The notes below the pieces were generated by a model. The model was not told the origin of the DNA. It made no database searches and worked only from the letters and a program-made list of their open reading frames with translations. From a virus, in the IMG/VR virus record IMGVR_UViG_3300045988_176431, positions 64,001 through 128,000 of that record: 64,000 nucleotides of DNA, one strand, 5' to 3'. This document shows positions 18,819 to 29,449 of the stretch, one piece after another. Positions within the stretch are counted from its first letter, which is position 1. Each line of letters begins with the position of its first letter. The position numbers were made by a program, and so were the translations under genes.

Positions 18819-21800
18819 TTGATTAAATATCTTAAAAATTATGCTTCTGAATTTGAAAGAGATTTAAATATTCCTCTTATGAACAAAGAAGCAGATAGAC
18901 CATTAGTTGAATATGTAATTGATTCATGGAAATCATTACAGATTCTTGATGGTATCGAATTTCTTGATTATGAGTATACAGAAAAAGAATCTGATATTGA
19001 GATTAATAAGTATATTTATAAACGTGAGAAAGGAAAACGCAAAAACGAGAAATTTGATTACAAATTTGTGGATGATAGTAGATGTGGACTTCTTACTGTC
19101 CGTATGAAATTATCTGCAATTGAAAAAGATTTCAAAACAGGTGATACGTATTTAAAAGAAAAAATTATTAAAAAGAGTATGTTGATTCCTTTACAGGATG
19201 ACAAAGGACTATTCTGTATCAAAGGAAAAAATTACTATTTGATTTAGTTTGATAGATCAAACAAAACTCTTCTAATTGCGGGGAACTCTCGTTAGGTCTT
19301 AACTACTAAACTAAGATGGTGACATACTTAGTGACAAGGGGTAACTCCTAAGGTATAGTAAAAAGGTTAAGAATAGAGACAATCGACGCAGCGAAGTATC
19401 TTATAAATAATAAGGTATAAGATATGAGTTCAACGACTATCGAAAGGATAGCATAAGAGAAATACTTATGTGAATAACTGAGTAGAGTAGACTAGTATAT
19501 ATTATACTAGGTGTACGAAATTGGTACTTTACGAAATGGAGAGCATATTATATTTGGTAATAGAATATAATGTGAAGATATAGTCTAATCCTCATGGATA
19601 ACATGATGGTGTAAATGTATCAGATGGTAGAAAAATCTACCTATACGTCAAATAATTCTGTTATTTTGAAATCTTTAATGCCTTTTATGATAAAAAGACA
19701 AATAACAAAACAGGAAGATATTCATGAAAATGAATATCAGATTCCTTATTATACCATTGATTTGTTTCGAAAAGATATTCCGATTATGCTTCTTTATGCA
19801 TCCAAAGGAATGAATCGTGCGTTACAATATGCTATTCAATCCTATCCTTATGTAGCAATTAACTTTGTTACAAAACCAAAAGAAACGGACAAAAAGCATA
19901 TTTATTTCCAGATATCTTCTAAGTTGTACTTAAAAGTACATAAGAAGTTATTTGAAAAGTTTCCATATATCCAATCCGTAGTTGGTGGTATTTTACATAT
20001 CTCAACGAATCGATTGACATTGGATAAATTGGATAATACAGATATCTGGATTAAGAAATTAAGTAATAATAACATTGAAAAAGGAAAGAATCTTTTAGAT
20101 TCTTTAAAACGTCTTTTAGATGTAACTACAAAGAAAATATTAAAAACAGATATATCAAACAAATTAGATGTACTTGCTGTTATTCGTTGGATGAGTCAAG
20201 ATTTCAATGAATTACGAATGAAAGATAATATGAATATTGAAAATAAGCGATTACGATGTAATGAATACATTGCATCTTTACTGACACAAGAATTTAGTAA
20301 GAAACTTAATCGTATTATGTCTCTAGGTGGAAAAGCAACCATTGATAATCTTAGAGAAATTTTCAAATTTCCAGGCGATAGAATTAGAGTGTCGCCGTTA
20401 AACCTATCTAATTGCGGGAAACTCTCGTTATGTTCTAGTTACTAAACTAAGATGGTGACATACTTAGTGGCAAAGGGTAACTCCTAAGGTATAGTAAAAA
20501 GACTAGAAATAGAGACAATCGACGCAGCGAAGTATCTTATAAGTATAAGATATGAGTTCAACGACTATCGAAAGGATAGCATAAGAGAAATACTTATGTG
20601 AATAACTGAGTAGAGTAGACTAGTATATATAAATACTAGGTGTACGAAATTTGTACTTTACGAAACGGTAGGCTCTTTATATTTGGTAATAGAATATAAA
20701 GATGAAGATATAGTCTAAACTTTATGGATAACATAGAGAATGATTCTAATTCAGAAGATGCATAGTAGTGGTGTATTCCGATTTGATGATAACATCAACG
20801 ATATGGATTTCTTTTCAAGGTTCAAATTCACGAATAAAGGACCTCACTCTGCAGGACAAAAGAATGGAAATAGTGTTGGTGTTAAGTACAGGGGTATGGT
20901 TGAATGCTCCTGTAAAACTCTTCTAATTGCGGGGAACTCTCGTTAAGTCTTAACTACTAACTTATGATAGTAATATACATAAGGGCAAGGGGTAACTCCT
21001 AAGGTATAGTAAAAAGGTTAAGAATAGAGACAATCGACGCAGCGAAGTATCTTCTATATATAAAATGGAAAGGAGGCAAAATCAAATGAAAAAAGTAATT
21101 GATTGTAAAAGAGTGATGCATGATAATATAAAATTAAATTATTTTATATTTACTGATGGAAGTATATTTAATGCTACAACTAATCATGAATTAAAACAAT
21201 ATAAAGATAAAGATGGATATCCTACAGTTTGTTTATCCAATAAAGGAAAACATTGGACAATTCATGTTCATCGATTAGTTGCGTTAACATTTATTCCAAA
21301 TCCATTAAATAAACCAGAAGTTAATCATATAGATGGTAATAAATCAAATAATGATATTAGTAATTTAGAATGGGTTACTGGAAGTGAAAATGTAAGACAC
21401 GCCTATCTCAATGGTTTACATGATAATGTAGCGATTGGTGAGAAACATGGTATGAATAAATATACTGAAAAACAAATTAAACATGTTTGTCAATTATTAG
21501 AAGAAAATTCTAATACACTCAATGAAATTGCTGAACTAACAAATGTTCCAAAATCAACAATTCATGATATTATATCAGAAAAATACTGGACTCATATTTC
21601 TAAAAAATATAAAATATCAAATTTTGATAAAAAATCTATTAGACGGTTAGATTCTCAAATGAAAAATGAAATGAGATATCTAATAAGAAAAGGATATCGT
21701 CAATGTGATATTTTAAGACATTTTAATTTAGAGACTAGTAAAAAGAATTATGGAATGATTAAAAGATATTATTATAAAATAAAAGAAGATACAAGTTCAT

Positions 21801-22381
21801 CGACTATCGAAAGTATAGGTTAAGAGAAATACTTAACTGAATAAACGAGTAGAGTAGACTGATCAATCAGGTGCACGAAATTGGTGCTTTGCGAAACGGA
21901 GAGCATATTATATTTGGTAATAGAATATAATATGAAGATATAGTCAGGTTATACAGTGATGTGTAAGTTTTAGATTCACCCATCAATGATTGGATATATT
22001 GATATGACTGTTTGCGGTAATTCTGACCCAGGCACATCGGGGCTTCTCTCGCCCTTTAGTAAGTTAAAAGGATTATCTTTTAATGATGATATGGAGCCAG
22101 ATAATTTTAAGTTTGAGTTCATAAAAGAGGTTAAGAAGATTATGGATGAAGAAGGAATTGATTATATTGATCTTGACTTTGAGAAGAAAGAAGATTACTA
22201 TTCCTTTGTCAATACTCTTCATGACTTTAATGTGGATAACATTCATGTCAATTATATTGAACGAGAAAAGGAATATGATAAAGTTATTCAAGAAGAGGAA
22301 GAAGATTTAGAAGAAACTTTATCATTCCAAAATAATAAACCAAAGAAGGATGATAAGAAAAAAGAAGCAAAGAAGAAATAA
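18819..22381 (+). CDS. multisubunit RNA polymerase beta-like subunit, N-terminal half (exons 18819-19244, 19618-20379, 20743-20895 and 21974-22381)
   Basis: Spliced junctions are ..FCIKGKNYYLI|YQMVEKS.., ..FKFPGD|ILIQKMHSSGVFRFDDNINDMDFFSRFKFTNKGPHSAGQKNGNSVGVKYRG and |IHPSMIGYIDMTVCGNSDPGTSGLL. These align with beta [63 protein letters not shown]. TTG start after AAAGGGGG. Confidence 0.8.
19245..19617 (+). mobile_element. group I intron 3 (373 nt, ORF-less)
   Basis: P1 is TTTGATT paired with GATCAAA, with a terminal U-G. The 3' splice site after G19617 is forced, because an in-frame TAA lies immediately upstream. Confidence 0.85.
20380..20742 (+). mobile_element. group I intron 4 (363 nt, ORF-less)
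   Basis: P1 is GGCGAT paired with GTCGCC. The 3' splice site after G20742 follows the P9 hairpin CTTTATG-gataa-CATAGAG. The alternative at 20736 is less likely. Confidence 0.8.
20896..21973 (+). mobile_element. group I intron 5 (1078 nt, carries an HNH endonuclease ORF)
   Basis: P1 is AGGGGT paired with GCTCCT. The 3' splice site after TAG (G21973) is forced by an in-frame stop. The junction KYRG|IHPS equals VRDVHPS. Confidence 0.85.
21086..21823 (+). CDS. intron-encoded HNH homing endonuclease, I-HmuI-like
   Basis: HRLVALTFIPNPLNKPEVNHIDGNKSNNDISNLEWVTGSENVRHA (HNH_3-like) plus an HTH, IAELTNVPKSTIHDIISEKYW. ATG 21086 follows GGAAAGGAGG. The last codons (..SSSTIESIG) run into the intron R element. 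Confidence 0.8.
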   Translation: MKKVIDCKRVMHDNIKLNYFIFTDGSIFNATTNHELKQYKDKDGYPTVCLSNKGKHWTIHVHRLVALTFIPNPLNKPEVNHIDGNKSNNDISNLEWVTGSENVRHAYLNGLHDNVAIGEKHGMNKYTEKQIKHVCQLLEENSNTLNEIAELTNVPKSTIHDIISEKYWTHISKKYKISNFDKKSIRRLDSQMKNEMRYLIRKGYRQCDILRHFNLETSKKNYGMIKRYYYKIKEDTSSSTIESIG

Positions 22382-22389
22382 ATATATTG

Positions 22390-22426
22390 GTGTAGCGGAA
22401 GTTTTGAATTCCGCTACACTTTTTTA
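22390..22426 (+). terminator. rho-independent terminator
   Basis: GTGTAGCGGAA / TTCCGCTACAC stem followed by T6. Confidence 0.7.
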
Positions 22427-22501
22427 TTCAAAAGATACCTATGATTATATAATATATTCATGAATCTATTAGGAAACTTTGAATAAGAAAGGATGATAAA
22501 T

Positions 22502-23401
22502 ATGAAAAAGAATGTAAAAATTAAAGTAACAATTGGAACAAATCTTCCAGTTATTAATGATGGATTATATTGGCAACTTACAGAAGAAGAAAGAAAAAAC
22601 TCAGGAAGAAAAAGTTCTTCTTATTGTATTTTAGTAGAATCAACAGAAGATGAATTATTCGAAGGATACTTAATGGAATATGTATTAGGATTTATTGAGA
22701 GATACTCATTCATTTTTGATTTTCGTGTTACAGACATTCAGTGTGATGATATTAACACTTCTCTTGCTTATACAGCTTTGAAGAAAGCAAAGAAATCAAT
22801 TATGATTGGATTATTTCCGGGAACAAACTGCTTGCTTGCCGATAAAAATTTGTGTGATTGCGGAAGTGTTCATGAAGAAACAAAAACATTCAAAGAAGAT
22901 ACTTTGACGATTCCTGAATTTTGTGATTTTGTTTTATCGGTATGGAGAGCAACCTATGTAGCAATTTCAAAAAAAGAATATAAGGGAATCTCTTATAAGA
23001 CCATTAATGATTTTATGACAAAGAAAGTGGAAATTTTTGGTAAGAAAGGATATGTTATTGAAAATATCGTTCATACACAGAGAGGGCTTGTATTAGCAGG
23101 AATGTATGATTTAAAAGCTTACGGAAGAGACAATTTCCATATCTATCCTCTTGTTTATAATAAGGACGATTTGAATAAACCTTATAAGATATTACAGGAG
23201 GGAGAAATTAGCGGAAAACTTTACGGATGGTTTATTTCTGAAACGAGTCCGGATGAGATTTTCAAAGGTTCTAAAAAGGAGAAAAGATTAACTAAGAAAA
23301 CCTATGTTGTATTAGATAATCTGATAGCATTTGGTCTTGTTTATACTATGTTCCGTAGCACTTTACCAAAAAAATATGAGGCGGATGAAGTGAATGTATA
23401 A
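22502..23401 (+). CDS. hypothetical protein (about 299 aa)
   Basis: ATG 22502 lies 8 nt after AAGAAAGGATG. Confidence 0.55.
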   Translation: MKKNVKIKVTIGTNLPVINDGLYWQLTEEERKNSGRKSSSYCILVESTEDELFEGYLMEYVLGFIERYSFIFDFRVTDIQCDDINTSLAYTALKKAKKSIMIGLFPGTNCLLADKNLCDCGSVHEETKTFKEDTLTIPEFCDFVLSVWRATYVAISKKEYKGISYKTINDFMTKKVEIFGKKGYVIENIVHTQRGLVLAGMYDLKAYGRDNFHIYPLVYNKDDLNKPYKILQEGEISGKLYGWFISETSPDEIFKGSKKEKRLTKKTYVVLDNLIAFGLVYTMFRSTLPKKYEADEVNV

Positions 23402-24086
23402 AGCATCTATTGACTTAGGAAGAATTAATAAGTATCTTAAGATGAAATTTAGTATTGTAATAAAATCTGATAATTTCATGCCCCTCATTAGTAAGTTTAA
23501 TATTTCAGGAAATGATTATTTAAAGATTTCACCAATTCCAATTATTACATTAGAAATTAAATCTAATGTCGATAAACATGAAGAATGGAATCCAAATAAA
23601 TCAATTTCATTATCTCGAATTACAAAGTTTATCTTTTGCAAGAGACTATCTGAAATTATTGAATCTTTTAAGAAAGAAAAAGATTTGTTTTACTATGAGG
23701 GGGATACTTTAAAGGTTAATAAAGATTTAGCAACACAAATAAAAGAAATGGTAAAAGTTGGAACTAAAATCTGTGCCTTTCAACCAATTGTTGTAGAGGA
23801 TGAGGAAAGTGGTGATTTATATGAAGGTGTAGTTCTCATGATTAACTCAGCAGATAATTATTGTTATTTAACATTTGAAGAGATGGAATATTTAGTAAAC
23901 TATATCAATACAATTGATTTAGATAACTTATCTTTGCAAATGATAAATACAGTTACCATTTGCAATAAGATGAAAACAGAACACCTTCAGAAACCAAGAA
24001 AGATTGAACATGAAGTAATTCAAGATAGTCAACAGGAAGTATCAAGATTACCGATTCAATCAAAATCAACAATTCCAGAAATATGA
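23394..24086 (+). CDS. hypothetical protein (230 aa)
   Basis: An 8-nt overlap with the upstream stop suggests coupling. Confidence 0.5.
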   Translation: MYKASIDLGRINKYLKMKFSIVIKSDNFMPLISKFNISGNDYLKISPIPIITLEIKSNVDKHEEWNPNKSISLSRITKFIFCKRLSEIIESFKKEKDLFYYEGDTLKVNKDLATQIKEMVKVGTKICAFQPIVVEDEESGDLYEGVVLMINSADNYCYLTFEEMEYLVNYINTIDLDNLSLQMINTVTICNKMKTEHLQKPRKIEHEVIQDSQQEVSRLPIQSKSTIPEI

Positions 24087-24102
24087 AAGGAAGTAAAAGT
24101 GA

Positions 24103-24852
24103 ATGAAAAAAATAACAATTGATAAGGATTCTATTGGAATCACGTATAAGATGTCTACTTTTATCGTAGATGGTTATATTGAAGATTATTCTTTGAATGC
24201 AAAAGAGGAAAAAAGTTATTTGGATATGATTGATAACAAAGGATATGTTGATGAAAATGGATTAATCTGGATTTATAAAAAAGAGGAACCAGAAAGAAAA
24301 TCTGTTTTTGGATATATTCCATGGTTTACTGTAAAAGAAGAAGATGGAAACAATGTCTATCAGTTTAGTAAACGAAACTTAAAAGATGTGGATGAAAGAT
24401 TTAGAATTGAAAACATTGGTGATTTTAGTTTTAAAAAGATTGCCAGTACAATTAAGGAGGATGAGAAACTTTATAATGAAAAGATTCTCAATGATATCAA
24501 TTCATCAACAAGTGTCTTTCATCCAGAAATTAAAGAAGAAGATGATTTCTTAAAGAAGTTACTAAAGACAATCATCTTATCAAAAGATGTAAATATTGCT
24601 AAGTATGTATCAAAAGTTCCAGAAAAGTATATTCTTAGCAATATGAAACAGGGTCTTGTTAACAAGTCAAAAACATCAGCAATCAATTTCTTAAATTGGA
24701 ACGAATTACTCGGAATTAAATTTCATGTAATTATTGAAGATGATGGAACTGATACAGACCCATTAAAAGAAGTTCTTCATTATGATAATAAGACAGATAC
24801 AATTAAGTCTTATAAATCAATGGAAGACCTTTTAAAAGACATGAAAAAATAA
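24103..24852 (+). CDS. hypothetical protein (249 aa)
   Basis: GAAAGGAAG RBS. Confidence 0.55.
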   Translation: MKKITIDKDSIGITYKMSTFIVDGYIEDYSLNAKEEKSYLDMIDNKGYVDENGLIWIYKKEEPERKSVFGYIPWFTVKEEDGNNVYQFSKRNLKDVDERFRIENIGDFSFKKIASTIKEDEKLYNEKILNDINSSTSVFHPEIKEEDDFLKKLLKTIILSKDVNIAKYVSKVPEKYILSNMKQGLVNKSKTSAINFLNWNELLGIKFHVIIEDDGTDTDPLKEVLHYDNKTDTIKSYKSMEDLLKDMKK

Positions 24853-24902
24853 AATAGAAATTTGATAGATAAATTTCTAATAAAACCAAGGGGGAATTAT
24901 AA

Positions 24903-25490
24903 ATGAAAAAACTCCTAAAGACTAACATGGTTTATGTGGATACTTTAAGTGATATCTTTTTAGACATGAAAGAATCAGGAATTGCAATTGATTCGAATTT
25001 TCTTCAAATTCCGAAATTTGAAATTAAGAAAATTGCTCATGTTAAGAAACCAACATTTAAAGTAAATTTTTACTGTAAAAGAATGATAACTTCTTTGATG
25101 GTTACTTGTCGTGTGAAGTGTAAATTCTTAGGAAAATTAGGAATTAGTTATATAGTAAAAGCAGAATGTACATTTTCTGCGGATTCAACGAAAGAAAGAG
25201 AATTGAAAACTTATACATACGCTTACATTAAGCGTATGCTGGAAAATGATGAGACCATCTTATCAATTCGACCAGATGATTTGGTCTTTCCAGCAACGTC
25301 CCTCATTAGTGGAAAGAAACTATTTACGAAAGAAATGAGGGATGATTCGTTCTTAACTTCTCAAATGTTCAAGTCACACGATATGACTTTGTTTGTACAT
25401 CAGGAGAAAATATTTGAGAAGAATAAGACGTTTACTGATGAAGAAATAAGAAAGTACAACGAGATAATTAATTCATCTTCATATCGTTAA
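24903..25490 (+). CDS. hypothetical protein (195 aa)
   Basis: AAGGGGG RBS. Confidence 0.55.
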   Translation: MKKLLKTNMVYVDTLSDIFLDMKESGIAIDSNFLQIPKFEIKKIAHVKKPTFKVNFYCKRMITSLMVTCRVKCKFLGKLGISYIVKAECTFSADSTKERELKTYTYAYIKRMLENDETILSIRPDDLVFPATSLISGKKLFTKEMRDDSFLTSQMFKSHDMTLFVHQEKIFEKNKTFTDEEIRKYNEIINSSSYR

Positions 25491-25509
25491 TCTTTTATTT
25501 CTTTATCAA

Positions 25510-25567
25510 ATGAATGGTGTGAATTTGGGCGATGAGCCTTTCATCACACCATTCATATCTTTTTTTA
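25510..25567 (+). terminator. rho-independent terminator
   Basis: ATGAATGGTGTGA / TCACACCATTCAT stem followed by ATCTTTTTTT. Confidence 0.65.
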
Positions 25568-25589
25568 TGAATGAGAGTTATCTATTATT

Positions 25590-25599
25590 TATATATTAT
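25590..25599 (+). promoter_or_regulatory. TATATATTAT motif, copy d
   Basis: Exact 10-mer between the terminator and the ppk RBS, about 40 nt upstream of the start. Confidence 0.4.
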
Positions 25600-25640
25600 T
25601 TATAAGAATACTTATGTAAAAAAGAAAGGATGTGAAAACT

Positions 25641-27632
25641 TTGAAACTGAATTTAGATGATTATACAATGGAACATAAGAAGAAAATAAAAACAAATGGT
25701 CCGTTTATCAATCGAGAGTTGAGTTGGGTTGATTTTAACGAAAGAGTTTTATATTATTCCAGAGATAAATCTGTTCCGTTAAATGAGCGATTAAAGTTTT
25801 TGGCAATTACAGATAGTAATTTGAATGAGTTTATTTCGGTTCGATTCTCTTATGCAAAGAAAAATAAGGATATTGAACCTTATAAAGAGTTATTAGGAAA
25901 GATTAAGAACTTTATTGAATTACAGGGGGTATCTTATGATTTATTAAAGTATGATATGAAGAAGAAAGGATATGAAATCACAAAGATGTCAAAACTTGAT
26001 AAGAAAGAAATTCGTAAACTCGAGAAAGTTTTTACAAATGAAATCTTTCCTATCTTAACACCAATCTCAATGGGTACAACAAACAATGGAATTCGTGTTG
26101 AAAATGGACAACTTTGTATTGCTTGTTTACTAGAAGAGGGAAGTCGTACAGTTTTGAATATTATCCCAATTTCTAGTAAGTTAGACCAGTTTATTGTGAT
26201 TGATAATAAAAAGATTATCTTGATTGAAGATTTGATTGAATACTTCATTTCATCTATCTTCATTAATAAAAAGATTATTTCAAAAACCAGTTTCAAGATT
26301 ATCAAAGACCAAGATGTAGAATTAAGTCATGATACATCTAGGTTTATTCTTGACCGAATGATGCAGACTTTGACAAATCGTTCTTTATCAAAACCAATCT
26401 TTATGACGATTGATAAAAAAGCGAATGCATCATTAAAAGATTTAATTGTGAACACGTTACAAATTCCAAAGAATTGTGTAATGGAATCCAAAGTAGTGGA
26501 TTATACAAGATTTATGAGTAGTATTTTACCTGCTCTTCATAGTTATCGTCCATTCCAAGCAAATGGATTACAGGATGGAAATGAAATTCATTATTCAATC
26601 TTTAATATGTTAAAGAGTGAAGATATTTTATTACATCACCCATATGATGACTACAATACTGTGGTTAAGTTCATTGAACATGCTGCTTATGACCCAGATG
26701 TTTTAGCAATCAAACAAACTCTTTATAGAGTTTCTTCTTATGATAGCCCAATCATTAATGCTCTTTGTAATGCTGCAAAAAATGGAAAACATGTAGCTGT
26801 ATTAATTGAGATTAAAGCAAGATTTGATGAGTTGAATAATATCAAACTTATCTCGAAGTTAAAAGAAGCAGGCGTGATTGTTATTCTTGGTCTTGAGCAT
26901 TTGAAAACTCATTGTAAGATGTGTTTGGTAATCCGAGATGAAGAGGGTAAGAAAAAGATTTATTCTCATATTGGAACTGGAAACTATAACGAAAAGACAT
27001 CCAAAATTTATACTGATTTATCTTACTTTACAAGTAAACAAAAAATTGGTATGGATTTATTGAATGTCTTTAATATCATATCTGGTAATTCTGCTCCAGA
27101 TGAAAAATTACAAAAGATTGCATATTCGCCGGTTACATTAAGAAAGACATTGATTAAATGTATCAATCGAGAAATCGAACATGCAAAGAAGAAAAAGAAA
27201 GCAGAAATCTTTATCAAGGTAAATTCACTATCTGATCCAATCATGGTAAATAAACTATATGAAGCAGCTGATGCAGGTGTTGAAGTTTATATCATTTGTC
27301 GTGGTGTATGCTCTATTGTACCAAGAGATAATCTCTATGTAAAGAGTATCGTTGGACGTTTTTTAGAGCATTCAAGAATTTATTATTTTAAGAATAATAA
27401 ATCTTCAGAGTATTTTATTAGTTCTGCAGATTTACTTACACGAAATCTTGATAAACGTGTAGAAACTTTAGTATCTGTAAAAGATAGTAATGTGACTAAG
27501 AAACTGGATTGGATTATCAAAGTGATGAAAAAGGATGAGAGAAATTCATTTGTTATGAGAAAGAATGGAACTTTTTCAAAAGAGAAAGGAACATTTGATT
27601 CTCATGAATATATGATAAAGAATAAAGCATAA
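25641..27632 (+). CDS. ppk: polyphosphate kinase 1 (PPK1)
   Basis: FINRELSWVDFNERVL (PPK1 N-terminal motif). HLKTHCKMCLVIRDEEGKKKIYSHIGTGNYNEKTSKIYTDLSYFT aligns with GLKVHAKl.Li.R.E......Y.HiGTGNfNEKTArlYTDyslLT. GRFLEHSRIYYF is also present. TTG 25641 lies 9 nt after AAAGGA; GTG 25632 abuts the RBS. Confidence 0.85.
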   Translation: MKLNLDDYTMEHKKKIKTNGPFINRELSWVDFNERVLYYSRDKSVPLNERLKFLAITDSNLNEFISVRFSYAKKNKDIEPYKELLGKIKNFIELQGVSYDLLKYDMKKKGYEITKMSKLDKKEIRKLEKVFTNEIFPILTPISMGTTNNGIRVENGQLCIACLLEEGSRTVLNIIPISSKLDQFIVIDNKKIILIEDLIEYFISSIFINKKIISKTSFKIIKDQDVELSHDTSRFILDRMMQTLTNRSLSKPIFMTIDKKANASLKDLIVNTLQIPKNCVMESKVVDYTRFMSSILPALHSYRPFQANGLQDGNEIHYSIFNMLKSEDILLHHPYDDYNTVVKFIEHAAYDPDVLAIKQTLYRVSSYDSPIINALCNAAKNGKHVAVLIEIKARFDELNNIKLISKLKEAGVIVILGLEHLKTHCKMCLVIRDEEGKKKIYSHIGTGNYNEKTSKIYTDLSYFTSKQKIGMDLLNVFNIISGNSAPDEKLQKIAYSPVTLRKTLIKCINREIEHAKKKKKAEIFIKVNSLSDPIMVNKLYEAADAGVEVYIICRGVCSIVPRDNLYVKSIVGRFLEHSRIYYFKNNKSSEYFISSADLLTRNLDKRVETLVSVKDSNVTKKLDWIIKVMKKDERNSFVMRKNGTFSKEKGTFDSHEYMIKNKA

Positions 27633-27695
27633 GTATTAATAGGGTGGAATAATATTAAAAAAACAAATCGTCAAAATTACAAGGAGGACAAAAGT

Positions 27696-29414
27696 ATGAT
27701 AGCAAAGTTTAAAGCAACAATGTCTGGTTATGTAGTAATTAGTCATGAAGGTCTTGGGTTTGAGATAGAAGAGGGTTCTGAATATGAAGTTAGATTCAAT
27801 GGTCCAGTTATGCTTATTAATGGGTATGAATACGGAATAGATTTTTCTAATACATTCTTCATGTTCCATCAATTTGGTTACTTTGAAGGATTATATGTCT
27901 ATTATGTTGAATCTGATGCATCACCAGAAGATAATCTTTATATCGTAAAGAATGAAAATCCATATCATCGATTTATTTCTTTAGATAAAGTTTTTGCACC
28001 TTATGGTGTTTTTACATCTTGTATAAGTTCAAAAGATATTAATGAGAATGGACGGCTAAATTACAATGCAACGGCTATTTCATTCATATCTAAGACAAAC
28101 TTTACGATTGATGACTATCAGGTTATTCATAGTCAACCAAGTATATTAAATACCAGATTTAATTGTAATTATCATTATAATACAAGAGGTATTTATCATT
28201 TAAAAGAAGATGTTATTGTTACAACAGACGTTTTACGACAAAGAGGTTATATCAATAAATTTATGCCGAAAGGAAGTAAATATCATGTAGAACTTGAAAG
28301 TCTAAACCATGATTGTTGTAAATTATATATTGGAAATGGTTATGAATCTTATATTTTTAACATCCATGAACTTTTGGAATTTGGATATATTGATATTTTG
28401 GAAAGTTTCTATTATCCATGCAAAGAAACAGATTTATTGGAAAATTTGGATTCTTTGTTTTATAGAAAATATGGGGAGATTACGTTATATAAGAAAGCAG
28501 ATAACTTTAAATTACGTGAATGTAATTTCTCTAAGTTTGCAAATAAAACAGATTTAGAAACTATTAAACCATTAAAAGATTTATTGAGAGAGAATTATGT
28601 TTTGAATACAGATGATGAGTTTAATGAGGTTCAATTGTTGTTCTTATATTTATATTATGACAATAAATCTTACTGGCGTTCTTTATTTGAAACAAATGAT
28701 GAGTATAATCTTTTTAAGATTGGATTTAAACATTTTGCTCGTTTGACTGGTTCTATTAAAGAAACAGACGAAGCAATGGAACAAATTCTTCATTTGTACT
28801 TTATCTTGTTGAAGATAGTTCATGAAAAAGATTCAGTTAATATTACCATACGTGAAATTAGGAATGGTATATTTAACCATAAGATGACTCTTAATAATGG
28901 AACTATTGAGTTATCATTTCTTATTCCAAAACACACATTAGATTTTTCATATAAAGGAAAAGTTTATATGCAATTATCCATTGACCAAATTGAGAAACAA
29001 GAACATATCAAATGGATTGAACGTATTAAGAGTGCAAATACAGATTCCTTTATAAGAACTAGAGTCTATCAAAATGGTACATTCTTAAAGGAGTTAAGAG
29101 ATAATACTAGTAAAGTTAGAATCACGTATGATAGTAAAAACGAAGAATCAAATATTTTTGCTGGTGATAAACTTTATGCTAGTAGAAATAAGAATCATGA
29201 TACATTGATTCATTTCTATCGAGATATTCATGAAGGGATTGAAGAAAAAATCTACAATTCTCTTATGGAATTATTGTTTATAAGAGAACATGATTGTTCA
29301 GGAAGATCCGTTTATACAAAAAGCATTTTAACAGGTAAGGAACATTTTATGATTATTGATGAATCTGATATCGAAAAAGAAATGGAATCATATCAGAATT
29401 CATTAAGAGACTGA
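27696..29414 (+). CDS. hypothetical protein (572 aa)
   Basis: CAAGGAGG RBS. No motif recognised. Confidence 0.55.
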   Translation: MIAKFKATMSGYVVISHEGLGFEIEEGSEYEVRFNGPVMLINGYEYGIDFSNTFFMFHQFGYFEGLYVYYVESDASPEDNLYIVKNENPYHRFISLDKVFAPYGVFTSCISSKDINENGRLNYNATAISFISKTNFTIDDYQVIHSQPSILNTRFNCNYHYNTRGIYHLKEDVIVTTDVLRQRGYINKFMPKGSKYHVELESLNHDCCKLYIGNGYESYIFNIHELLEFGYIDILESFYYPCKETDLLENLDSLFYRKYGEITLYKKADNFKLRECNFSKFANKTDLETIKPLKDLLRENYVLNTDDEFNEVQLLFLYLYYDNKSYWRSLFETNDEYNLFKIGFKHFARLTGSIKETDEAMEQILHLYFILLKIVHEKDSVNITIREIRNGIFNHKMTLNNGTIELSFLIPKHTLDFSYKGKVYMQLSIDQIEKQEHIKWIERIKSANTDSFIRTRVYQNGTFLKELRDNTSKVRITYDSKNEESNIFAGDKLYASRNKNHDTLIHFYRDIHEGIEEKIYNSLMELLFIREHDCSGRSVYTKSILTGKEHFMIIDESDIEKEMESYQNSLRD

Positions 29415-29449
29415 CAAATAATTAAATTCAAAAAAGGAGGACATAAATT

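Noticed and set aside
20380-20445. The C-terminal ...NLSNCGKLSLCSSY tail, and the similar ..NCGELSL.. tails at 35335-35372, 53830-53867 and 20915-20946, as a shared protein domain
   Set aside because: These are read-through translations of the conserved intron P element (CTAATTGCGGGGAACTCTCG...). The identity is at the RNA level, not in a protein motif.
20740-20946. Track ORF 20740-20946 as an independent 68-aa gene
   Set aside because: It is exon 3 of the beta N-half gene (20743-20895) plus read-through into intron 5. It has no RBS.
22390-22426. GC-richer hairpins (2321-2344, 22390-22426, 25510-25567) as possible tRNA genes
   Set aside because: They are single perfect stem-loops followed by T tracts, with no cloverleaf or T-loop GTTCRA consensus. 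They are terminators.
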